Shown here one piece after another: positions 18,311 to 27,292 of a stretch of DNA of 44,239 bases (its first letter is position 1; the number at the start of each line of letters is the position of its first letter). The stretch is from an uncultured Bacilli bacterium (GTDB lineage: Bacteria > Bacillota_I > Bacilli_A > RF39 > UBA660), in contig CALVSH010000021.1 of NCBI GenBank assembly GCA_944358945.1, forward strand, positions 1 through 44,239. Direction: 5' to 3'. The notes beneath the pieces are model-generated. The model was not told the origin of the DNA and made no database searches. It worked only from the letters and a program-made list of their open reading frames with translations. Both the position numbers and the translations under genes were made by a program.

Positions 18311-19387
18311 TTATTTTAATTGTTTTTCTATTCTTTTTTTAAGTGCCTTGGCGTTTTGTAGGACTTGATCTTGAATTTGATTACTTAACATATCTGGAGT
18401 AATGAAATGTTGGTCTAATACAGCTTCTAGAGCTTTGGCTTTTCTTTCATCATTTTCTTTCCATCTTGCTTGACCTATGTAAAAATTGGATGTATTAAAT
18501 GGAACTAGATAGTTGTAGTCTTCCATTTGGAATGGTGTAGTAGAAAAATCAGTAATAAAACGTTTTAGGTTTTCTAGGAATTCTATTGCTGTGGTTGGAT
18601 ATAAGGTCATAATTTTGTCTATATTTTTTCCTTCTACCTCTAATTTTTCTATATATAACATTTTTAAAATATCATCTGATGTGTGTTTTCTTGCTTCTCC
18701 ACTTATGCCTTCTAGTGATTCCTGGGTAGTGACAAATAGATTTTTATTTTTCTCTGGTTTATCTAGGTACATGAACATAGTAGAAAATTCATGATCTATC
18801 ATAGGGGCAATTTCTAGTCCTTCTTCTCCTTGATAGAATAAAACATTTTCATAATGATAGTTTTGATCTTGTCTTAAAACAGAACATAATATTTGTTTCA
18901 CAACGGATTCTGCAAGACCGGGATGTTGTTTCATAAATTCTGAGTCTAATATTTTAGTATAATCATAAAACACTTCACAGTAGTTGATATATGTTGAAAT
19001 ATCTGGTAATGTGTTTTTGTTTGCTTGACATAATTGATATAAGTTTATTAAGTTTTTCTTTTCTGTTCCTAATTTTTCTACTACTGTTCCATGATGATAT
19101 TTATTAGGATATTCTTCTTCTATATTTTGACATGTCGCTAAATGATATATAGGAGTTGTTGGATCAAAGTAGTTGTGAAATATAGTTGACCAAAACACTT
19201 CACTATACGCAAAAAAGGGAGTTGATAATGGCTTGGTTTTAGAAAGCGGCTTAAAAACCATTTCTTTTCCATTGTCCAAAAATACAGGGAAATGTTTTTC
19301 ACTTTTTACTGTTCCTTGAGCTTCTGATGTTAAATTCCCTATTCTTTGGTGATAATCATAATTATAAACCGTCCAATCAAAATTCAC
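18311..19387 (-). CDS. HipA/CtkA-like kinase-fold protein
   Basis: MVFK, AYSEVFWS, QDQNYHYENV, IAPMIDHE match the HipA-like K / SE / DxHxxN / APxxD layout; GTG start after GAGGAG RBS. Confidence 0.6.
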   Translation of the reverse strand: MNFDWTVYNYDYHQRIGNLTSEAQGTVKSEKHFPVFLDNGKEMVFKPLSKTKPLSTPFFAYSEVFWSTIFHNYFDPTTPIYHLATCQNIEEEYPNKYHHGTVVEKLGTEKKNLINLYQLCQANKNTLPDISTYINYCEVFYDYTKILDSEFMKQHPGLAESVVKQILCSVLRQDQNYHYENVLFYQGEEGLEIAPMIDHEFSTMFMYLDKPEKNKNLFVTTQESLEGISGEARKHTSDDILKMLYIEKLEVEGKNIDKIMTLYPTTAIEFLENLKRFITDFSTTPFQMEDYNYLVPFNTSNFYIGQARWKENDERKAKALEAVLDQHFITPDMLSNQIQDQVLQNAKALKKRIEKQLK

Positions 19388-19399
19388 ATTTATTCTCCT

Positions 19400-20236
19400 C
19401 TACTGGTATTTTCGTTCTTTAAAAGTACAAGACTGGCATAACTTTTCACTTGGTTTTCTATCTTGAAAAGATTTTTTTAGTCTTTGATATCTTTCTTTAT
19501 TTTGAATTTGTTCTATTGTTTCTTTGTAAATATTTCCTAAATTGATGATACCGTTGCAGTCAAGGCAACATGGTACTACAGTGCCATCTACTAATATAGC
19601 GACATGGGTCTTTAAAGCATAACAATATCCACAACTATTGTGATTTGTGATGCTAGGCCATAAAAATTCATTATCTTTATCCACATATATTGTGGAAGAA
19701 ATTTTTACGTTGTTTTCTGTTTTTAGTTTTTCCACTGTTTTTTTGGATAAATGGTAATGTTTTTTTAACTTTTCCACCGTTTTTGTGGATTGTTCATTCA
19801 GTTTACCATCTTTTAAAGTCCAAATTCGATAGATAATCACAGTATTAGTGGATAACTTTTCTACATTTTTGAATATTTCTTCTTCATAATGGGGATTATT
19901 TTGTTCACAATGAAGAGAGAAATTTATTTTATGTAACGAAGAACAGTCTTTTAGTTTGTCTACTAATTTAGGAAATAGAGTGCCATTGGTTGTTAGATTT
20001 ACTTGGAGTTGATATTTCTCGGCTAGTTTTAAGAAGTTGATTATTTTAGGATGAAGTAAAGGCTCTCCTTTTACGTGAAGATATATTACTTTTGTTACCT
20101 GGGATACTTCTTTTAGAATGTGTTCAAATTCTTGTTCTGTCATAAATCTTTTTTCTTTTGTTACTTCAGAACAGAATGAGCAAGCTAAGTTACAACAATT
20201 TGTTATTTCTATATATACTTTTTTGTACTTATGCAT
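19400..20236 (-). CDS. Radical SAM protein with SPASM/twitch domain
   Basis: CNLACSFC motif, GEPLLHP, TTNG, C-terminal C..VVPCC...LGNI...CQSC. Confidence 0.9.
   Translation of the reverse strand: MHKYKKVYIEITNCCNLACSFCSEVTKEKRFMTEQEFEHILKEVSQVTKVIYLHVKGEPLLHPKIINFLKLAEKYQLQVNLTTNGTLFPKLVDKLKDCSSLHKINFSLHCEQNNPHYEEEIFKNVEKLSTNTVIIYRIWTLKDGKLNEQSTKTVEKLKKHYHLSKKTVEKLKTENNVKISSTIYVDKDNEFLWPSITNHNSCGYCYALKTHVAILVDGTVVPCCLDCNGIINLGNIYKETIEQIQNKERYQRLKKSFQDRKPSEKLCQSCTFKERKYQ
19625..19865. repeat. Intragenic DnaA-box cluster (about 9 boxes)
   Basis: TTATCCACA 19677; ATATCCACA 19625; TGTGGAAGA 19691; TTTTCCACT 19728; TTTGGATAA 19742; TTTTCCACC 19770; TGTGGATTG 19784; AGTGGATAA 19847; TTTTCTACA 19857. 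Confidence 0.65.
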
Positions 20237-20237
20237 A

Positions 20238-22190
20238 TTAAGACCCTGATTTCATTTCAAATAAAATATCACGTAGTTCCATAGCGCGTTCGAAGTCTAA
20301 TGCCTTGGCAGCTTCTCTCATCTCTTGTTCGATAGCGTCTACTGTCTTAGCAAACTCTTTCTTAGTCATCTTCTTAGGTTTTTCAGTAGCCTTTTCATCC
20401 ACATTACTGATAACTTCTCTGATTTCTTTTTGAATTGTCTGTGGAGTAATTCCATGTTTCTTATTATATTCTTGTTGGATTTTTCTACGTCTTGCAGTCT
20501 CTTCAATAGTTTCTTTCATAGAATCCGTAATCTTGTCTCCATACATAATAACATGACCATTGGCATTTCTAGCACAACGTCCGACTGTTTGAATTAGACT
20601 TCGACTACTACGTAGAAAACCTTCTTTATCAGCATCTAATATGGCAATAAGAGATACTTCTGGAATATCAATTCCTTCACGTAATAGGTTAATTCCTACT
20701 ACTACATCATATTTTCCAACACGTAAATCATGAATAATTTGAAGTCGTTCTAGGGTTTTTATCTCAGAATGAAGATACGCTACTTTGATATCTAATTCTT
20801 TTAGATAGTTTGTTAATTCTTCTGACATACGAATAGTTAGTGTTGTTACTAGGACTCTTTCATTTTTTTCTATTCTGTCTTTGATTTCTCCTACTAAATC
20901 ATCAATTTGTCCTTCTGTTTTTCTTACTTCAATCGTTGGATCTAATAGTCCAGTTGGACGAATAATTTGTTCTACAAATTTTCCACCAGTATGTTCTAAC
21001 TCTAGGTCTCCTGGTGTTGCGGATACGTAGATAGCTTGATTTATTTTTTTCTCAAACTCATCATATTTTAAAGGTCTGTTATCAAGGGCACTAGGAAGAC
21101 GGAATCCATACTCTACAAGATTCATTTTTCTAGCTCTATCTCCATTATACATTCCTCTAACCTGTGGTAGAGTAACATGAGATTCATCCACTACTAATAA
21201 ATAATCCTTGGGAAAGAAATCCATTAGTGTCGTTGGTGTTTCCCCTTTTTTTCTTCCGGCCATAGGAGCAGAATAGTTTTCAATTCCAGAACAGAAACCA
21301 GTCTCTTCTAACATTTCAATATCATAATTGGTTCTTTGTTCTAGACGTTCTGCTGCTAAAAGTTTGTTGTTATCTTTTAATTCTTTTAGACGGTCTTTTA
21401 ACTCTTCTTTAATACGAACGATGGCGGCTTTTAATTTATCATCACTTACTACGAAGTGGCTGGCTGGAAAAATGCTTACGTTCTTCTTATTAGAGATGAT
21501 TGCTCCTGTTAATGTATCAATTTCACTAATTCTATCTATTTCGTTACCAAAGAACTCTACTCGATATCCTGTAGTATTTTGGTAAGCAGGGATGATTTCT
21601 ACTATATCTCCTCTAACTCTAAAAGTACCACGCTTAAAGTCTAGGTCGTTTCGCTCATACATCATTTCAATTAGTTTTGTTAGTATTTCGTTTCGTTCTA
21701 CTTCTTGTCCTATTGATAAAGTTAACATCTTGTTGCGGTATTCTTCTACTTCTCCAATACCATAAATACAAGAAACACTGGCTACTACAATAACGTCTCT
21801 TGTTGATAGAAGGCTACTGGTTGCGGCATGACGAAGTTCATCAATCTCATCATTAATAGATGAGTCCTTTTCAATATATGTATCCGTTGATGGAACATAT
21901 GCTTCTGGCTGATAATAATCATAGTAAGAGACAAAATATTCAACACGGTTTTCAGGAAATAACTCTTTCAGTTCTGAATAAAGTTGACCGGCTAAGGTCT
22001 TGTTGTGGGCTAAAACTAAAGTAGGTTTATTTACTTCTTTTATGACGTTTGCAATGGTAAATGTCTTTCCTGTTCCTGTTGCCCCTAAAAGTACTTGTTC
22101 TTTTTTTCCTTCTTTGATACCTTCTACTAATTCTTTAATTGCTTCCGGTTGATCTCCAGATGGTTTGAATTTTGATACTAATTTGAACAT
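20238..22190 (-). CDS. uvrB: Excinuclease ABC subunit B
   Basis: [32 protein letters not shown]-terminal UVR domain; ATG 22190 after GGGTGA RBS. Confidence 0.99.
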   Translation of the reverse strand: MFKLVSKFKPSGDQPEAIKELVEGIKEGKKEQVLLGATGTGKTFTIANVIKEVNKPTLVLAHNKTLAGQLYSELKELFPENRVEYFVSYYDYYQPEAYVPSTDTYIEKDSSINDEIDELRHAATSSLLSTRDVIVVASVSCIYGIGEVEEYRNKMLTLSIGQEVERNEILTKLIEMMYERNDLDFKRGTFRVRGDIVEIIPAYQNTTGYRVEFFGNEIDRISEIDTLTGAIISNKKNVSIFPASHFVVSDDKLKAAIVRIKEELKDRLKELKDNNKLLAAERLEQRTNYDIEMLEETGFCSGIENYSAPMAGRKKGETPTTLMDFFPKDYLLVVDESHVTLPQVRGMYNGDRARKMNLVEYGFRLPSALDNRPLKYDEFEKKINQAIYVSATPGDLELEHTGGKFVEQIIRPTGLLDPTIEVRKTEGQIDDLVGEIKDRIEKNERVLVTTLTIRMSEELTNYLKELDIKVAYLHSEIKTLERLQIIHDLRVGKYDVVVGINLLREGIDIPEVSLIAILDADKEGFLRSSRSLIQTVGRCARNANGHVIMYGDKITDSMKETIEETARRRKIQQEYNKKHGITPQTIQKEIREVISNVDEKATEKPKKMTKKEFAKTVDAIEQEMREAAKALDFERAMELRDILFEMKSGS

Positions 22191-22263
22191 ATATATCACC
22201 CTTTTACAGAATTTTTTGTTTGTGTAATATTAGATTACTAGATGTTCTAGGCATTAATTTCAT

Positions 22264-22304
22264 GAACTATTCTATCATTTTTTCCCGTTATAAACAATAG
22301 AACA
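22264..22304 (-). promoter_or_regulatory. uvrB sigma-A promoter with TGTTCTATTG motif over the -35 and GTTC after the -10
   Basis: TGTTCTA-TTGTTT-N17-TAGAAT-AGTTC, with extended TG. Confidence 0.65.
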
Positions 22305-22421
22305 TAAAGAATACTAATTTTTAAAAAATAAAAAGACTATTAACAAAATTTACTTTGTCAACAGTCTAGAAAACGATATTTGATGTACAGATATCGTTTG
22401 TAAAATGTTTAAGTAAATATT

Positions 22422-23675
22422 TTAATTACTCTCAGTTAGAATTGTAATTGCTTTCATAACAGCTATTTTACCATACGAATAAGTTAAACTTCCTTGTTGG
22501 TATGCTATATAAGGTTCTCTTATTGGTCCATCACAGGAAAGTTCAATTGATGATCCTTGCGTGAACGAACCAGATGCCATAACAACTTTATCATCATATC
22601 CAGGCATATCCCATGGCGATGGTTTTGCAAATGAATCAACTGGTGATGCACCTTGAATACCAATACAATACTTAACTAAATCACTTTCATTTCCAAAAGT
22701 AATATTTTGAACAATATCTGCTCTTTTTTCGTTATATAAAGGCTCCACATCATAACCTAAATCCCCTAAAACTTTACTTGTTAATACTGCCGTTTTTAAG
22801 GCCGATGCAACAACAGAAGGAGCCATAAATAAACCTTGAAGAATTGACTTGTTAATACCAAGAGTTGGGCCAACTTCTCTTCCCTCACCAGGAAGTGTCA
22901 ATCTTTCTCCAGCCAAATCAACTAACTCTTTTTTACCAGCTATATATGCCCCATTAGGTGCAATTCCACCGCCTAAATTCTTAATTAAAGAACCCACGAT
23001 TATATCTGCTCCAACTTCTAGTGGAGTCTTATCTTCAACAAACTCACAATAACAATTATCAATCATGATAATAACATCTTTATCAACACTTCTTATTTCT
23101 TTAATTACTTTTTCTACTTTTTCTATAACTATACTCTTTCTTTTAGAATATCCTTTACTTCTTTGTATTTCAATTAACTTTACTTTATTATTTCTTAAAT
23201 ATTCTTTTATTTTTTCATAATCAAAGTCATTATCTATTAATTCTATTTGATCATATCTAACTCCAAAGGATTTTAAAGAACTTTTATTTTCTTTTATTCC
23301 TATTACCTCATGAAGGGTATCATAAGGAGTTCCCGTTATACTAAGCATTAAATCTTTCGGTCTTAAATAGGCAAATAATGCAACACAAAGAGCATGAGAT
23401 CCTGATATAAACTGAGACCTTACTAGAGCGTCTTCTGCTTTCAAGACACTTGAGAAAACACGTTCTATCGCATCACGACCAATATCATCATAACCATAGC
23501 CAGTAGTACTTCCAAAGTGTGCTTCAGATATATTATTTTTATTAAAAGCATTAAGAACCTTTAAACTATTTACATCGCATAATTCATCTATCTTTTTAAA
23601 TTCTTCTTTTAAGTTTTCTTCTGCATTTAAAACTAAATCTTTAGCTTTATTGCTTATTCCAAATTCATTATACAT
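22422..23675 (-). CDS. YnbB / aluminium-resistance family PLP-dependent protein (methionine gamma-lyase-like)
   Basis: TGYGYDDIGR, SGSHA, QRSKGY, DNCYCE, GSLIKNLGGG, GSSIELSCDGP motifs. Confidence 0.9.
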   Translation of the reverse strand: MYNEFGISNKAKDLVLNAEENLKEEFKKIDELCDVNSLKVLNAFNKNNISEAHFGSTTGYGYDDIGRDAIERVFSSVLKAEDALVRSQFISGSHALCVALFAYLRPKDLMLSITGTPYDTLHEVIGIKENKSSLKSFGVRYDQIELIDNDFDYEKIKEYLRNNKVKLIEIQRSKGYSKRKSIVIEKVEKVIKEIRSVDKDVIIMIDNCYCEFVEDKTPLEVGADIIVGSLIKNLGGGIAPNGAYIAGKKELVDLAGERLTLPGEGREVGPTLGINKSILQGLFMAPSVVASALKTAVLTSKVLGDLGYDVEPLYNEKRADIVQNITFGNESDLVKYCIGIQGASPVDSFAKPSPWDMPGYDDKVVMASGSFTQGSSIELSCDGPIREPYIAYQQGSLTYSYGKIAVMKAITILTESN

Positions 23676-23729
23676 AATAACCTCTTTCTATTTATTTCTA
23701 TCTATTTTTAACTAATTTACCTTAACGTG

Positions 23730-24470
23730 TTATTGATGACTTGCTCCACCGTCTACTCTTAAAACTTCATTGTTTATATAACTTGCATCATCACTTGCTA
23801 AAAAGTATATCGCTTTAGCTATTTCTTCCGGTTCTGCAAATCTTTTTAAGTAAATACTATCACATTCCTCAGCTATATAATCTTCGTCTAGTTCTTTATT
23901 CATTTCTGTATTTACCCAGCCAGGAGCAACGGCATTTACCCTTACGTATGGGGAATAATACTCTGATAAGTTATGAGTAAGAGAAATTAACGCAGCTTTA
24001 GAAGCATCGTAATCTAGGCTATATTCATAATATGTATCTATTCCATTTGTAGATGAAACATTTACAATGGAACCACTTTTTTGCTTTAGCATATATTTAC
24101 CAACTTCTTTAGAAACTATAAATGATCCAATTAAGTTAACGTCTAATATTTTTCTAAAATTTTCTACATTTTTGTCCTCAAACATTGTATCAATTGCAAT
24201 ACCAGCATTATTAACAAGTACGTCTATCTTTCCAAAGTAATCAATTATATTTTTTACCATTTCTTTTACTTTGTCTTCTTTTGATACATCACACTTACAA
24301 ATCATTACGTTGACATTATAGTTTTTTGTTAGTAAACTTTTTAAATTTTGAGCAGCACTATCGTCTGATACGTAGTTAATTACCACGTTATAACCTTTTT
24401 TTGCAAATTCTATTGCAGTAGCTCGTCCTATTCCTCTTGATGCTCCCGTTATCAGAACTGTTTTATTCAT
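23730..24470 (-). CDS. Short-chain dehydrogenase/reductase (FabG-like)
   Basis: TGASRGIG, NNAG, YDASK, VNAVAPG motifs. Confidence 0.92.
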   Translation of the reverse strand: MNKTVLITGASRGIGRATAIEFAKKGYNVVINYVSDDSAAQNLKSLLTKNYNVNVMICKCDVSKEDKVKEMVKNIIDYFGKIDVLVNNAGIAIDTMFEDKNVENFRKILDVNLIGSFIVSKEVGKYMLKQKSGSIVNVSSTNGIDTYYEYSLDYDASKAALISLTHNLSEYYSPYVRVNAVAPGWVNTEMNKELDEDYIAEECDSIYLKRFAEPEEIAKAIYFLASDDASYINNEVLRVDGGASHQ

Positions 24471-24705
24471 AAAAACTCTTCCTTTCTATATATATATTAT
24501 AACACAATATTAATCATGTCCTATGCTGGTTACAAAATCATAACATGCTATTTCCAATTTAAACTTATTATATTTTGTTTTCGTCTTGATTTTCTTTGAC
24601 AATTTCAATGATATTTTAGTTTCTGTCATAGAGTTTGTCAATCTTTTATGATTTTTTAGATTTAATAACCCTAAACATAGTCAAATTTCTAGAGCAATTG
24701 CCACC

Positions 24706-24738
24706 AAAAAATAAGTTGACTTTTAGCAACTTATTTTG
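24706..24738. terminator. Bidirectional terminator after the transglutaminase-like gene
   Basis: AAAATAAGTTG-N8-CAACTTATTTT inverted repeat. Confidence 0.6.
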
Positions 24739-24824
24739 ACCTTTTCGTACCACTTTAAATATATTGAAATTTTTTTAAAATAGCTAGTTTGTCAACACTT
24801 TAAAAAACACCTTTACTTCTCTTG

Positions 24825-25922
24825 TTATTTTTTCAATAGCATAGTTTTTGTAGACACTTTCTTTATTATGAAGGCAGGAATGGATGCAATTGATAAGAAT
24901 TCTATCATTCTTGCAGGATTTGACCTTCCATATTTTTCATATAAAGACTTTTCATCTTCTGTTTCTTTTATATCTTCCACTAATTTTTCTGGAATTATTA
25001 CTTGGTCACTATCATAGGAAGAAGTGGCAGATAAAAGATGATTGGATGGAGATGTCATGTAAGCGAGACCTGTGTTTAAATTTTCTAATAAATAGTTTGA
25101 TACCAATGGAAGAACATTGATATTAGTTGTGTCTATGTAATAATATTTGTTATCTATATTTACTATATTCCAGGCATGATTATCGCTCTCTACAATATAT
25201 GATTTAATACCTGATTTTTGGAGAAGGATATTTGTTAGATAAGAAAAACTTCTACAAACACCTTTCTTCTCTTTTAACATTGTCGTTAGGGGGAGTTCAT
25301 TTGATTCTGCTTGTAAGTTTTCATCATAAGAATAGTTTTTTATTACATAGGAAGTAATTGTTTGTATTTTTTCTTGGTCGGTCATATTGGGCCTTATTAT
25401 TTTTTTAATTATATCATCAACTTCTTTAGAAATATCTATCATTTCTGGAGTAATATTATGACGAATATTATTACTGTCTAAATAATTTACTAATTCTTCT
25501 GTAACGTATGCAGATTCCCTTATAAACACATATTCTAAGTCTTCTAATTGATAAGTAAATGATAAGTCTGATACTGCTGGACAACAATCTAGGGTTAAAT
25601 TTTCTAAATTGGGACATTTTTCAGTTATGATATCTATATCTTCTATGTAGTTACAATAATCAAAAGCGATATCTTTTACATTTGCATTTAAGTTAATTAA
25701 GTCTTCATCACATATATTGGCATATCTATAGGATACTTCTTCTGATGTACTTAATTCCTTTTTATAATCTTCGGGTGACAGTTGTTCTGCATTTTCAATC
25801 GCTTTAGAACACCCCGTTAATGATAAAACTAATATTGTTCCTATTGTTGCCAGTGACTTTGTTTTTGATATTCTTGTTTTTCTTTCTTTTAAGTTATTAA
25901 TATTGATATTTGTTAATCTCAT
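24825..25922 (-). CDS. Lipoprotein with LRR-like segment and transglutaminase-like domain
   Basis: Lipobox LSLTGC; CPNLENLTL LRR-like stretch; GVCRSFS / HAWN / YIDTT Cys-His-Asp triad; ATG 25922 after AGGGGAG. Confidence 0.8.
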   Translation of the reverse strand: MRLTNININNLKERKTRISKTKSLATIGTILVLSLTGCSKAIENAEQLSPEDYKKELSTSEEVSYRYANICDEDLINLNANVKDIAFDYCNYIEDIDIITEKCPNLENLTLDCCPAVSDLSFTYQLEDLEYVFIRESAYVTEELVNYLDSNNIRHNITPEMIDISKEVDDIIKKIIRPNMTDQEKIQTITSYVIKNYSYDENLQAESNELPLTTMLKEKKGVCRSFSYLTNILLQKSGIKSYIVESDNHAWNIVNIDNKYYYIDTTNINVLPLVSNYLLENLNTGLAYMTSPSNHLLSATSSYDSDQVIIPEKLVEDIKETEDEKSLYEKYGRSNPARMIEFLSIASIPAFIIKKVSTKTMLLKK

Positions 25923-25950
25923 CCAGTTCTCCCCTTTTTCGCTGAACAAT

Positions 25951-25978
25951 ATTATATCATCTTAAAACTTATTGTCAA
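25951..25978 (-). promoter_or_regulatory. Consensus sigma-A promoter of the transglutaminase-like gene
   Basis: TTGACA-N16-TATAAT with extended TG. Confidence 0.75.
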
Positions 25979-26099
25979 TTTTATTTAAATTTTGACTAAA
26001 TATCATTTCTTCTTTTGCTTGATGCTGTTTCTCCTTTTTAAGTAAACTAAAAATTATTATAATAAATAACTTCCATTATATATTCTATACATTCCCTTC

Positions 26100-26879
26100 T
26101 TACAAACATTTTTGATCATTTATTTTACTTTCTTTTTCTAAAACTTTGCTTATGTATTCAAACCCTTTATTTATTTTATTTTCTATTTTAATGTCTTCGC
26201 TGTAAATTTTTCTAAGATTATCCATTACTAATATTTTGCCATCATACATATTATAAAAACTATCGTATCCATATTCTTGAAACGGAAACATATCAGAAAA
26301 AGGTTTATTATTTAAAATTGGATCTGTTACCATCTCACTATACTGCCAAGTAATGAATGGAGAATCATATTCTCTTCTTGGAGTTTCTGGATACATTTTT
26401 TTCCATTTTTCAAACCATAAAAAATGTAGGGTTTCATGAGCACATGTTTCTATTAACTTCCAATCTTCTACTCCAGTTGAAATAGAAAAACTAAAACTAT
26501 CTAAATATCTTGGAAATACAGGAATCAATCCTACTTTAGCATCAATGGTATTTAAATCCTTTGGCCAGTTAACACATAAATAATTTTCTAATGTATGAAA
26601 ATAAACATCATTATATTTTTTCCATAAATTATTATATCGTATTACTTCTTGTTCAATCCTTTTTTCATACTTCTCATAATCCTCTTTCACTACTTTCTCT
26701 ATTATTTTATAAACTTCTTTCTGAGAAAGATTTTTATCTATATTTGCTAGTTGTGGGAAGTATTGAATGGTAAAATCGTGAACACCTAAAATACCAATAT
26801 CTTCATAATACGCCCATTTTATTGTATCTACATTTTCTTTCAAAGTCATTTTTCTAAACTGTAATTTTGGAATATTCAT
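26100..26879 (-). CDS. Hypothetical protein with HEXXH zinc-metallopeptidase-like motif
   Basis: CAHETLHF plus downstream WQYSEMV (candidate third ligand Glu). Confidence 0.6.
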   Translation of the reverse strand: MNIPKLQFRKMTLKENVDTIKWAYYEDIGILGVHDFTIQYFPQLANIDKNLSQKEVYKIIEKVVKEDYEKYEKRIEQEVIRYNNLWKKYNDVYFHTLENYLCVNWPKDLNTIDAKVGLIPVFPRYLDSFSFSISTGVEDWKLIETCAHETLHFLWFEKWKKMYPETPRREYDSPFITWQYSEMVTDPILNNKPFSDMFPFQEYGYDSFYNMYDGKILVMDNLRKIYSEDIKIENKINKGFEYISKVLEKESKINDQKCL

Positions 26880-27018
26880 ATATTACTCTCCCACTTTTAA
26901 AAGATTTATTACTATCTATCATATTATTGTCTATTGTTATTTTTTCATTATAGTGTTTTTATTAGATTTATAGTTCAAAGGGCTAAAACATCTCTATTCA
27001 TACAATAATCATAATATT

Positions 27019-27147
27019 TTATACTATCTTGTTTTTTTGTGAATTATTGTTGGATGGTGGTGCCTTTTTTCCAACTTGTTTTTGAATTTCTGTATTTGTT
27101 GTATTAAGACTTTGATAATTATTTGATCCATTATAATCTTGATTCAT
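27019..27147 (-). CDS. Small 42-aa N/Q-rich ORF (small protein or truncated remnant)
   Basis: MNQDYNGSNNYQSLNTTNTEIQKQVGKKAPPSNNNSQKNKIV*; GGAGTG RBS; upstream ATGACT-N17-TACAAT promoter. Confidence 0.5.
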   Translation of the reverse strand: MNQDYNGSNNYQSLNTTNTEIQKQVGKKAPPSNNNSQKNKIV

Positions 27148-27292
27148 TATTTATCACTCCGCCTACTTTATATCATTGTACCAACTTTCTAGCTAAAAGT
27201 CATTAGAATTAAATATAAAATATGATATTATAAAACCCTATAAAACAAATCTCTTTTTAAGAGAATACTTTATAGGGTATTATCAATTTTAT

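Noticed and set aside
2500-22320. Canonical LexA (Cheo) boxes GAAC-N4-GTTC at dinB, uvrA and uvrB
   Set aside because: Only one half-site is present at each promoter; inverted GTTC...GAAC pairs have inconsistent spacing (19 bp at dinB, 16 bp at uvrB)
24510-24700. Short open frames on the minus strand (e.g. MTETKISLKLSKK...IGHD)
   Set aside because: No RBS and no recognisable similarity; may be a remnant but I cannot support a call
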